A model generated the notes under the pieces. It had not been told where the DNA came from. It saw only the letters and a program-made list of their open reading frames with translations, and did not search any database. A DNA stretch of 64,000 bases from Prevotellaceae bacterium UBA4336 (lineage in GTDB: Bacteria > Bacteroidota > Bacteroidia > Bacteroidales > Bacteroidaceae). Shown one piece after another: positions 19,378-26,642 of the stretch. How positions within the stretch are numbered: the stretch's first letter is position 1; each line of letters starts with the position of its first letter. The translations under genes were made by a program, and so were the position numbers. The stretch covers positions 60,778-124,777 of the forward strand of contig DGTM01000011.1 in the NCBI GenBank assembly GCA_002394305.1, given 5' to 3'.

Positions 19378-20067
19378 ATGATACAGAACGACCTGCAACG
19401 CCTCCGTTGGATGATTCTCGATGAGGCACTCCGCGATCCCGTGACGGAATACTTCATGGGCGAGCGCACCAAGACTAATGAGACCGGCAACACACGCAGC
19501 CTGATCCACTACGTGAACACACGACTCAAAGCCGTCAACCGCGACTTCAGCTGCAGCAAACGCATGTTGCAGAACGACGTGGCCTACTTCCAGCAGAAGG
19601 GCGCCCGTTTGGAGCCCCGCTTCCGTCGCGGACACAAGCGCATCCTGCGCTACATCAACCTGCAGTGGAAGAATCCTCTGCTCAAGGCGGCCTCGTTCCT
19701 CCGCTACGACAAGGAGCCGGAAGCCGCTCCCGCCGTGCCCGCCCTGCCCGAAGGACCGCTGACGGCTGTCACCTTGCGTATCAGCCGCGACGAAGAGGCT
19801 GTCCGCCTCCGCCTCGGCAATCCCGAGGTGCTGCAGCGCAGTACGGACACCCGGACAAACAGCGTCACCATACAGGTCGAGCTGCCGATGAGCGAAGCCT
19901 TGCAGAACGTCATCCTCGGCTTCGGCACAGACGTTGAGGTGCTTGCCCCCGAAACGTTCCGCGAAGAACTGCGCCAGACCATCGGCATCCTGCAGAAACT
20001 CTACAAGAAGGACAGCGCTGCGACGAAGAAAACCGTGCAGGGCGACCTCTTCGAAGGGCTGTTCTAA
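19378..20067 (+). CDS. Hypothetical DNA-binding protein resembling WYL-family regulators (N-terminal HTH-like plus C-terminal WCX-like segment, middle WYL domain short or absent)
   Basis: 229 aa. The N-terminal LQRLRWMILDEAL and the C-terminal VTIQVELPMSEALQNVILGFGTDVEVLAPETFREELRQTI resemble the ends of WYL-type regulators. This is a low-confidence pattern match only. Confidence 0.35.
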   Translation: MIQNDLQRLRWMILDEALRDPVTEYFMGERTKTNETGNTRSLIHYVNTRLKAVNRDFSCSKRMLQNDVAYFQQKGARLEPRFRRGHKRILRYINLQWKNPLLKAASFLRYDKEPEAAPAVPALPEGPLTAVTLRISRDEEAVRLRLGNPEVLQRSTDTRTNSVTIQVELPMSEALQNVILGFGTDVEVLAPETFREELRQTIGILQKLYKKDSAATKKTVQGDLFEGLF

Positions 20068-20073
20068 ACCTGT

Positions 20074-20145
20074 CCTATAAGTCCCATAGAACCTATAGGT
20101 CCAATAAGTCCTATAAGTCTCATAAGTCCCATCAACCTAATAACC
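20074..20145 (+). repeat. Eight-unit 9-bp periodic repeat (consensus CCNATARGT) directly upstream of the GH2 start codon
   Basis: The units are cctataagt cccatagaa cctataggt ccaataagt cctataagt ctcataagt cccatcaac ctaataacc. The array ends 9 nt before the ATG at 20155. Confidence 0.8.
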
Positions 20146-20154
20146 CACAGTATA

Positions 20155-21993
20155 ATGAAACACATCACCAAGCTGCTCATGGCAGCAACCCTGCTCTTTA
20201 CGTTGGGCAGCAATGTTAAGGCTGCGGACCTTCCCCGCAGCGAGTATCCCCGGCCGCAGTTCGAGCGTGCCGACTGGGTCAACCTCAACGGCACTTGGAC
20301 GTACACCTTCGACTTCGGACAGACGGGTGCCGAGAGAGACTTCCGCAACAGCAAAGGCTTCGACGGCAAGATAACCGTCCCCTTCTGCCCTGAAAGCAGT
20401 CTCTCAGGCGTGAAGCATACCGACTTCATCCCCTGCATCTGGTACCAGCGCACCATTACCGTACCCGAGACTTGGGGCGGAAAGAACATCCTCCTCAACT
20501 TTGGTGCCGTCGATTACGACGCTACCATCTACATCGACGGAAAGAAGGTCGGTCGCCATTGCGGCGCAGGCTCTTCCTTCTCCCTCGACATCACGAAGTT
20601 CGTGAAGGCAGGCGGTAGCGCCAACCTCGTCATTCAGGTGAAGGACAACCTGCGTGGCGGCAAGCAGCCCGGCGGCAAGCAGAGCACAGGCTACTACAGT
20701 GCGGGTTGCAACTACACCCGCGTCACGGGCATCTGGCAGACAGTCTGGATGGAGGCAGTGGGCAGGAATGCCCTGAAGCAAGTCTTCGCCACGCCCGACA
20801 TCGACCAGCAGCAGCTTGTGGTGCGCCCCGAGTTCTACGACGAAGAGGTCAGCGGCGCAACGCTCACCGTGCAGGTGCTCGACGGTAAGAAGGTCGTGTC
20901 GAGCCGCACGGCTCCCGCCACCAACAACACCGTCATCGTGCTGCCCATCAAGAACCCCAAGCTGTGGAGCCCCGAGACGCCCAACCTCTATGATGTGACA
21001 TACGTAGTCCGCGACGCCAAGGGCGGCGTGCTCGACGAGGTGAAGTCCTATGCCGGCATGCGCAAGATTCACTTGGCCGGCGGCTACTTCTACCTGAACA
21101 ACAAGCCCTACTTCCAGCGTCTCGTGCTCGATCAGGGCTTCTATCCCGACGGTGTCTGGACGGCTCCCAGCGACGAAGCCCTCAAGCATGACATCGAGAT
21201 GAGCAAGGCCGTGGGCTTCAACGGCGCACGTCTGCACCAGAAGGTCTTCGAGGAGCGCTACTTCTACTGGGCCGACAAGCTGGGCTACATCACTTGGGCC
21301 GAGCAGGCAAGCTGGGGCTTGGACGTGAACAACGAAGAGGCTGTCCGCAACTTCCTCACGGAGTGGGCCGACGAAGTGGTGCGCGACCGCAACCACCCGA
21401 GCATCGTCACCTGGACGCCCCTCAATGAGACTTGGGGCGCTCGCGACGGCGTCTATGTCCGTTTCGTCAACGACCTCTACAATCTCACCAAGGCCATTGA
21501 CCCCACACGCCCCGTCAACGATGCCAGCGGCGACAGCCACGTCAAGACCGACATCTGGAGCGTACACGACTATACCCGCGAGTATGACCGCCTCGTGGCC
21601 AACCATACCTTCCGGGCCGGCGTGGAGCCTTACCGCAACATGCGCGACAAGGAGTGGCTCGCCAAGTACGACGGACAGCCCTACATGCTGGACGAGTTCG
21701 GCGGACTGGGTTGGATTCCGAAGGAAGAACGCAGCAGCTCCTGGGGCTACGGCGCACAGATCGAGTCGGAGGACGAGTTCTTCCAGATTCTCGAGAAGGA
21801 AGTTGATGCCATCAAGGCCTGCAAGCACATCACAGGCTTCTGCTACACACAGATAACAGACGTTGAGCAGGAGAAGAACGGCGTCTATTATTATGACCGC
21901 CGTCCCAAGTTCGATGCTGCCAAGTGGAAGGCAATCTTCGAGAAGATACCCTCAGTCATCGAAGACCCGCAGGACCTGAGCGACTGGAAGTAA
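20155..21993 (+). CDS. Glycoside hydrolase family 2 (beta-galactosidase / beta-mannosidase-like)
   Basis: 612 aa with a signal peptide. It shows an N-terminal sugar-binding-domain pattern (DWVNLNGTWTYTFD), NHPSIVTWTPLNETWG (acid/base region) and GFCYTQITDVEQEKNG. Confidence 0.75.
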   Translation: MKHITKLLMAATLLFTLGSNVKAADLPRSEYPRPQFERADWVNLNGTWTYTFDFGQTGAERDFRNSKGFDGKITVPFCPESSLSGVKHTDFIPCIWYQRTITVPETWGGKNILLNFGAVDYDATIYIDGKKVGRHCGAGSSFSLDITKFVKAGGSANLVIQVKDNLRGGKQPGGKQSTGYYSAGCNYTRVTGIWQTVWMEAVGRNALKQVFATPDIDQQQLVVRPEFYDEEVSGATLTVQVLDGKKVVSSRTAPATNNTVIVLPIKNPKLWSPETPNLYDVTYVVRDAKGGVLDEVKSYAGMRKIHLAGGYFYLNNKPYFQRLVLDQGFYPDGVWTAPSDEALKHDIEMSKAVGFNGARLHQKVFEERYFYWADKLGYITWAEQASWGLDVNNEEAVRNFLTEWADEVVRDRNHPSIVTWTPLNETWGARDGVYVRFVNDLYNLTKAIDPTRPVNDASGDSHVKTDIWSVHDYTREYDRLVANHTFRAGVEPYRNMRDKEWLAKYDGQPYMLDEFGGLGWIPKEERSSSWGYGAQIESEDEFFQILEKEVDAIKACKHITGFCYTQITDVEQEKNGVYYYDRRPKFDAAKWKAIFEKIPSVIEDPQDLSDWK

Positions 21994-22022
21994 AGGCCCC
22001 CTCTAACTCCCCAAAGGGGAGG
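21994..22022. repeat. Copy of the CCCC-AAA-GGGG hairpin element, immediately after the GH2 stop
   Basis: The sequence ggccccctctaactccccaaaggggagga matches the 1571-1612 and 1727-1760 copies. It may double as a terminator stem. Confidence 0.6.
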
Positions 22023-22026
22023 ATAA

Positions 22027-22098
22027 CCCATAAGACCCATTGGACCGATAGGCTCCATAAGTACCATTAGACTCCAACGACCCATATAACCCCTATAA
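22027..22098 (+). repeat. Second 9-bp periodic array (CCNATARGN, about 8 units) directly upstream of the DUF1080 gene start
   Basis: The units are cccataaga cccattgga ccgataggc tccataagt accattaga ctccaacga cccatataa cccctataa. Word, orientation and position relative to the ATG match the 20074-20145 array. Confidence 0.75.
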
Positions 22099-22111
22099 AA
22101 CCCAAACAAAT

Positions 22112-22987
22112 ATGAAGAAAATTCTTTTCTTTGCTGCTACGGCAGCTATGCTTCTGGCCTCTTGCTGCCAGAACAAGTGTAAGTGTACTTGCGAGTGCGA
22201 CGCTTGCAAGAATTGTGTGGAGAAGCAGGACCCCAATGCTCCTCAGGACAGCGCTACCATCGTTGACAACGAGCAGTACGACCTCTCCCTGCTGAAGGTC
22301 GACGACGAGGGCTACTATGTCCTCTACGACGGCACGAGCCTCGACGGATGGCGCGGCTACGGTCAGGACGCTGTTCCCACCAGCTGGGAGAGCGCCGACG
22401 GCTGCATCCACCTCGTTGGTAGCGGCACAGGCGAAGCCCAAGTGGAAGGCGGCGGCGACCTCTTGTTCGCTCACAAGTTCAAGAACTTCACCTTCGAGTG
22501 CGAGTACAAGATCAGCAAGGGCGGCAACTCCGGCATCTTCTATCTGGCTCAGGAAGCCAAAGGCAAGGACGGCAACTACCTGCCCATCTGGCAGAGCTGC
22601 TCAGAGTATCAGGTGCTCGACAACGCCAACCACGAGGACGCCAACCAGGGCAAGGACGGCAACCGTCAGGCTGCTTCGCTCTACGACATGATTCCTGCCG
22701 TGCCTCAGAATGCTAAGCCCTTCGGCGAATGGAACACCGTGAAGATTCGCGTCTTCAAAGGCTCCGTTTGGCACTATCAGAACGGCGAGGAAGTGCTGGA
22801 GTATCACCTCTGGACTCCGAAGTGGAAGGAAATGCTGGACGGCAGCAAGTTCTGCAAGGGTGGCGAGTTCCCCGCAGCCTACGACCTGATGATTGTCGAG
22901 GGTCAGAAGGACGGCGGCTACATCGCCTTCCAGGACCACGGCGACGACGTCTGGTATCGCAACGTCCGCATCAAGCTCGACGAATAA
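22112..22987 (+). CDS. DUF1080 (3-keto-disaccharide hydrolase-like) lipoprotein with a Cys-rich N-terminal stretch
   Basis: 291 aa. It has a lipobox-like LLASCC followed by QNKCKCTCECDACKNC. The DUF1080 pattern is present: LDGWRGYG...W...DG.I, NFTFECEYKISKGGNSGIFY, EYQVLDN, IAFQDHGDDVWYRNVRIK. Confidence 0.8.
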   Translation: MKKILFFAATAAMLLASCCQNKCKCTCECDACKNCVEKQDPNAPQDSATIVDNEQYDLSLLKVDDEGYYVLYDGTSLDGWRGYGQDAVPTSWESADGCIHLVGSGTGEAQVEGGGDLLFAHKFKNFTFECEYKISKGGNSGIFYLAQEAKGKDGNYLPIWQSCSEYQVLDNANHEDANQGKDGNRQAASLYDMIPAVPQNAKPFGEWNTVKIRVFKGSVWHYQNGEEVLEYHLWTPKWKEMLDGSKFCKGGEFPAAYDLMIVEGQKDGGYIAFQDHGDDVWYRNVRIKLDE

Positions 22988-23002
22988 GCATCAGAAACCA
23001 AC

Positions 23003-23040
23003 ACAACAGGCTGAGACTTAACTCAGCCTGTTGTGCTTTT
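23003..23040 (+). terminator. Intrinsic terminator after the DUF1080 gene
   Basis: A perfect 13-bp stem (acaacaggctgag-acttaa-ctcagcctgttgt) is followed by gctttt. Confidence 0.75.
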
Positions 23041-23134
23041 ACCACGTTCCGCGACTACAATCGCGCCTTCTTGCGCTCCAGTTTATATATAACAAGATTC
23101 GCGGGTCCTCCCTGCTACAGTCTCTTCTCGGTGT

Positions 23135-23228
23135 AGCGCCCCGTGCTTATTCCGGAAGCGCCCTGTGCTTATTTTGGAAGCGCCCTGTGCTTATCTCGGA
23201 AGCGCCTAGCGCTTATTTCGGAAGCGCA
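23135..23228. repeat. 22-bp tandem repeat, about 4.3 copies (AGCGCCCTGTGCTTATYYCGGA)
   Basis: The units start at 23135, 23157, 23179 and 23201, with a partial unit at 23223. The array lies between convergent genes. Confidence 0.85.
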
Positions 23229-23258
23229 GGGAGTTCTCCATCAAGCAGCGTTGAGGAC

Positions 23259-24638
23259 TTACAGTTGAATCGAGTCCCAGTTGGCAATTTCCTCGCTGAT
23301 GTAGCCTGTCTTGCCGTTGACGTTCACCTTGTACCACCATTTGTAGAAGCCGTCGGCCTCCTTGTGCGAGACGAACCCAAGGCAGGGATAGCCTTCGGGC
23401 AGCTCGCCGTCGTTGTCTAGGGTGAACAACACTTTGCTCTTCAGCGACGGCTTCTGCCGGACGTTTGCCCTGCGGATGTCGCTGTTCAGATAGACGTATC
23501 CTTGGCCTTTTGTTGCCTCGCGGAGTTTCACCTTTGCTCCGGCTTTGGGCACGAGGCCGTAGTCCTGCACCTCGATGAAGTAGTTGTCGCCCGAGTCGGC
23601 TATGTAGCGCATCTCGGAGCCGTCCTTCGTGACGACCACCCGCCCCTGATTGCTCAAGCCGCGCACGCCGCCTTTCAGCACGTAGAGCGGCTCGATGTGC
23701 AGGTTCTCCTTCGGGGCGAAGTTGGTGCTGTGCCACTCCAGGACGTTCCCCTCCATGAGTGGTGCGAAGAGGCACTGGCTGTAGCCCCAGTAGTCGGACT
23801 GCAGCTGATAGATGTCACCGATGCCCTCGAGCTTGAAGGGCGCCCCGAGGAACAGGCTGTCGTTCATCACGATTTCGCGGTCCGTCTCCGACTTAATCCG
23901 CAAGGTGAAGTCGTCGACCTGTCCGCCCCGCCAGCGTGTGACGGGCGTCAGCCAGTAGGAGAGCTCGTAGTCGCGCCCCACGCCCCAGCTCATGCGGTAG
24001 CGGTAGGTGTGGCGCACGGTGTTCTCGCCCTTGCGGAAGGGCGCGTCGAAGTAGTAGGCATAGGCAAAGGAACGGAACGAGTCGGGCAGCGCCGGGCAGA
24101 CGAGCACATCGTCCGTCGGCAGCAGACTGTCCGCCACCTCACCATAGCCCTTCCACGTGTCCAGGTCGAGCGGCGTCAGGTAGTCGTCCCTGCGCCCCTT
24201 CCACCCGGGGGATGAGTCGGGCGAAGAGCCTGCCACCACAGCGTTGCGGTGCTGGAGGGGCTTGCCGTTGAAGAGGACCGTGAAGTCCTCGATGAACGGA
24301 TGGATGCCGCGGCGGTCGAAGGGAACCCACGCATTGTAGGGCGCCGCAGCCTCGAATGCCATCGTCACCGTCTTGTCCTTATTATTATTATATAATGTGT
24401 AGTCCACCGTCACGGTGGCGAAGCTGTCCCGGCAAAGCGTAATCTCCAGCACCTCCTTCCTGACGGAGATGTCGGTCTCCCTGAGCGGCACCAGGAAGTT
24501 GCCGCTGGTGTAGTACACACCGTCGTTCGCATAGACGCTGAACATTGACCATTGACCATTGAACGTTGACCATTGAACATTGAACAAAGGCCAATGGGCA
24601 TTGAACAACAAAAGGAGCAGGATGGTGAACTTCTTCAT
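23259..24638 (-). CDS. Secreted hypothetical protein with a C-terminal bacterial SH3-like domain
   Basis: 459 aa. The C-terminus GYVYLNSDIRRANVRQKPSLKSKVLFTL...GFYKWWYKVNVNGKTGYISEEIANWDSIQL has an SH3b-like pattern. The N-terminus contains an in-frame word repeat. Confidence 0.6.
   Translation of the reverse strand: MKKFTILLLLLFNAHWPLFNVQWSTFNGQWSMFSVYANDGVYYTSGNFLVPLRETDISVRKEVLEITLCRDSFATVTVDYTLYNNNKDKTVTMAFEAAAPYNAWVPFDRRGIHPFIEDFTVLFNGKPLQHRNAVVAGSSPDSSPGWKGRRDDYLTPLDLDTWKGYGEVADSLLPTDDVLVCPALPDSFRSFAYAYYFDAPFRKGENTVRHTYRYRMSWGVGRDYELSYWLTPVTRWRGGQVDDFTLRIKSETDREIVMNDSLFLGAPFKLEGIGDIYQLQSDYWGYSQCLFAPLMEGNVLEWHSTNFAPKENLHIEPLYVLKGGVRGLSNQGRVVVTKDGSEMRYIADSGDNYFIEVQDYGLVPKAGAKVKLREATKGQGYVYLNSDIRRANVRQKPSLKSKVLFTLDNDGELPEGYPCLGFVSHKEADGFYKWWYKVNVNGKTGYISEEIANWDSIQL
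24541..24612. repeat. CATTGA[AC]C word array inside the 5' end of the 23259-24638 CDS
   Basis: The sequence aacattgaccattgaccattgaacgttgaccattgaacattgaacaaaggccaatgggcattgaacaac encodes LLFNAHWPLFNVQWSTFNGQWSMFSV right after the MKKFTILLLL signal start. The same word occurs at 34427-34447. Confidence 0.75.
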
Positions 24639-24707
24639 AGGGCTCTATGGCTTTAGTCTTTCGTCATGACGGAATCACGTTATAACGTTATAACGAAATC
24701 ATCTATC

Positions 24708-24780
24708 ATTTTTTCATTTTTCACCTTTAATTTTTCATTTTTCACTTTTAATTTTTAATTTTTCACCCTTCATTTTCATC
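24708..24780. repeat. TTTTCA[CT] word array
   Basis: The sequence is ttttttcatttttcacctttaatttttcatttttcacttttaatttttaatttttcacccttcattttcatc. It encodes the C-terminal GMKMKGEKLKIKSEK tail of the symporter. It is preceded by cgttataacgttataacg (24678-24696). Confidence 0.75.
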
Positions 24781-25766
24781 CCCCTCTCGTCCTGCCAGCT
24801 GAAGAAGCCAGCCAGCAGTGTGCCCGAGATGCTGTGGTAGGCACACGAGATGGCGCAGGGGAAGACCGCCAGAGCCGCCATCGGGTTCATGGCAATCATG
24901 GCAGGCGAGGCGAAGAAGTTGCGGGCCAGCACCGTAGCCATGCCTGCGTTCTGCATGCCCACCTCGATGGAGAGCGTCCTGCTCTTCGCGGTGTCGAAGT
25001 GGAAAGCCTTGCCCACAAGGTAGCCCAGCAGGTAGCCCATGCCGTTGTGGAGCGTCACGACAGCCAGCGTCAGCAGTATGAGATGCAGGCCATTCTCCTT
25101 GAGCTGCGGGTGGACCGTAAAGATGACGCCGCCCACGATGCACGCCAGGCACAGCACACTCGCGCCCGGCATCACGCCCTGCAGCTGCCGGAAGTACGTC
25201 TTCCCGGACAGGAAAAAGTTGAACGCCACGCCCAGTGCCACTGGCAGCAGCGTCACGAGCAGGATGTTCTGGAACATGCCCCAGGCATCCACGTCAATCT
25301 CTGCCCCGGCCAGCCTTAGCACCAGCAGCGGCGTCACGATGGGCGACAGGCACGTGCTCACCGTTGTCATGCCCACGCTGTAGGCCACGTCGCCACGGCA
25401 AAGGAAGCTCATGATGTTGCTGCTCACACCGCCCGGGCAGCAGCCAACCAGTATGATGCCGGCCGTCATGAAGCTGTCCAGGCCGAACATGTTTGCCAAG
25501 GCCCAGGCCACGAGCGGCATGATGGTGTACTGCGCCACGGCTCCGATGAGGATGTCTATCGGCCGGGTGAGCAGGATGCGGAAGTCCTCGACCGAGAGCG
25601 TGCAGCCCATCGTCAGCATGATAAGCCCGAGGATGACGGAAGCCCGCTGTCCCTGCTGCACCCACGCAAAAGCGTCGGGTACAAAGAAAGCCAGCACGGC
25701 AACCAGGATGATGAAGGGGCTCGTGTACCGAGCCAGCCAGCGACTAAAAGAAAGTAGTAGTGTCAT
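24735..25766 (-). CDS. Bile acid:sodium symporter (BASS) family transporter
   Basis: The track ORF starts at TTG 25817. The ATG at 25766 gives MTLLLSFSRWLARYTSPFIIL.... The protein is polytopic and carries GIILVGCCPGGVSSNIMSFLCRGDVAYSVGMT, typical of BASS/SBF proteins. Confidence 0.8.
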   Translation of the reverse strand: MTLLLSFSRWLARYTSPFIILVAVLAFFVPDAFAWVQQGQRASVILGLIMLTMGCTLSVEDFRILLTRPIDILIGAVAQYTIMPLVAWALANMFGLDSFMTAGIILVGCCPGGVSSNIMSFLCRGDVAYSVGMTTVSTCLSPIVTPLLVLRLAGAEIDVDAWGMFQNILLVTLLPVALGVAFNFFLSGKTYFRQLQGVMPGASVLCLACIVGGVIFTVHPQLKENGLHLILLTLAVVTLHNGMGYLLGYLVGKAFHFDTAKSRTLSIEVGMQNAGMATVLARNFFASPAMIAMNPMAALAVFPCAISCAYHSISGTLLAGFFSWQDERGMKMKGEKLKIKSEK

Positions 25767-25786
25767 GATGTAAAAGTTTTCAGTTG

Positions 25787-25794
25787 CAAAGTTA
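25787..25794 (-). promoter_or_regulatory. -7 box (TAACTTTG) for the BASS gene
   Basis: It matches TAnnTTTG and lies 21 nt upstream of the ATG at 25766. Confidence 0.5.
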
Positions 25795-26003
25795 CGAAGA
25801 AGCGTGGGAAGTGCCAAAGGAAAACCCGTTTTTATTTCTCTTTCCGCACAGAGCCGTCATTGCCGGAGCCTACCGCTTGCACAGAGGCCCGTGGAGAACG
25901 TCGGGAAGGCGCGAATGGGGAGGTTGGCTCCGCAGAAAGATGAATAAGCGAAAGAAACGCAAAAAAAGTGCGCCAAAAGTTTGGCTGTTCCGCGAAAAAG
26001 CTG

Positions 26004-26011
26004 TACCTTTG
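26004..26011 (+). promoter_or_regulatory. -7 box (TACCTTTG) for tRNA-Met, with a TTTG -33-like element at 25978-25981
   Basis: The sequence is aaagTTTGgctgttccgcgaaaaagctgTACCTTTGcg, and the box lies 31 nt upstream of the tRNA 5' end. Confidence 0.55.
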
Positions 26012-26041
26012 CGCTCGCAATCGCACAAGAAGGTTGTGGAT

Positions 26042-26115
26042 GGCGGGATAGCTCAGCTGGTTAGAGCGTCGGATTCATAATCCGGAGGTCGTGGGATCGT
26101 GACCCACTCCCGCTA
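26042..26115 (+). tRNA. tRNA with anticodon CAT (elongator tRNA-Met, or lysidine-dependent tRNA-Ile2)
   Basis: I folded the cloverleaf by hand. Acceptor stem is GGCGGGA/TCCCGCT, D arm AGCTCAGCTGGTTAGAGC, anticodon stem-loop TCGGA-TTCATAA-TCCGG, T stem GTGGG/CCCAC and discriminator A. It is not an initiator: there is no 1:72 mismatch and no GGG:CCC anticodon stem. Confidence 0.85.
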
Positions 26116-26145
26116 CAGAAGTATCGTTTACAACATAGTTGAGCA

Positions 26146-26187
26146 TTAACCCCGCGAGGCCAACCGCCAGCGGGGTTAATCGTTTTT
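26146..26187 (+). terminator. Intrinsic terminator after tRNA-Met
   Basis: The stem-loop ttaaccccgc-gaggccaaccgcca-gcggggttaa is followed by tcgttttt. Confidence 0.7.
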
Positions 26188-26228
26188 ATGGCACCGCCGC
26201 GTCGCAAAGGTTTCACCGCCGCGTCGCA

Positions 26229-26275
26229 AAAAAAGAAAGAAGCGCACGTCGGACGGCTGTCGTCCAGTGCACTTC
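26229..26275 (-). terminator. Intrinsic terminator after tRNA-Leu
   Basis: The minus strand reads gaagtgcac-tggacgacagccgtccgac-gtgcgcttc, followed by ttcttttttt. Confidence 0.65.
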
Positions 26276-26288
26276 TTGCCAAGCCTTG

Positions 26289-26370
26289 TACCCCGAGCCG
26301 GGGTCGAACCGGCACAGGTTGCCCTATCGGTGTTTGAGACCGACGCGTCTACCGATTCCGCCATCGGGGC
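26289..26370 (-). tRNA. tRNA-Leu (anticodon CAA), class II with a long variable arm
   Basis: The minus strand reads GCCCCGATGGCGGAATCGGTAGACGCGTCGGTCTCAAACACCGATAGGGCAACCTGTGCCGGTTCGACCCCGGCTCGGGGTA. The anticodon loop is CTCAAAC, the variable arm TAGGGCAACCTGTGCC and the T loop TTCGACC. Confidence 0.9.
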
Positions 26371-26382
26371 TCCAAGCGTGTG

Positions 26383-26390
26383 CAAAGGTA
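26383..26390 (-). promoter_or_regulatory. -7 box (TACCTTTG) for tRNA-Leu
   Basis: The reverse complement of caaaggta lies 13 nt upstream of the tRNA 5' end. A GTGAAAA word array sits just upstream. Confidence 0.55.
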
Positions 26391-26398
26391 CAACAAAA

Positions 26399-26430
26399 AG
26401 TGAAAAGTGAAAAATGAAAAGTGAAAAAAT
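26399..26430. repeat. GTGAAAA word array (reverse orientation of the TTTTCAC family)
   Basis: The sequence is gtgaaaagtgaaaaatgaaaagtgaaaaaat. Confidence 0.75.
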
Positions 26431-26642
26431 ATTGGTTATCCACTGCTTTTTGTCCTTTTACCTTCTGGCTTTGGGCACTTAACCCTAAACTTTTACGTCT
26501 CTGTGCCGTGCGAAACGCTCGTTTCCTGCCGGAGAGCATCCCAGCCGGAACGTTCTCTTATACCGGAAGCCCCAGACGCTTAAACCGGAAGCCCCTGGCT
26601 CTTATTAGTGGCGAGGCACGGAGCTGGAATTGGAGACGTGCC

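Noticed and set aside
20064-20498. Minus-strand ORFs ending or starting in LIGLIGPIGSMGLIG / PIGPMGLMG (also 21891-22109), which look collagen- or repeat-protein-like.
   Set aside because: The repetitive peptide is simply the translation of the 9-bp intergenic arrays. The rest of each ORF overlaps the real GH2 gene in antisense.
23135-23228. Possible CRISPR array. The same question applies to the TTTTCAC arrays at 8471, 24708, 26399 and 33008.
   Set aside because: The repeats are directly adjacent, with no unique ~30-bp spacers between them. The units are only 7-22 bp long, and no cas genes are present in the window.
26042-26115. The tRNA(CAT) as an initiator tRNA-fMet.
   Set aside because: The 1:72 pair is G-U rather than a C-A-type mismatch, and the anticodon stem lacks the three consecutive G:C pairs typical of initiators.
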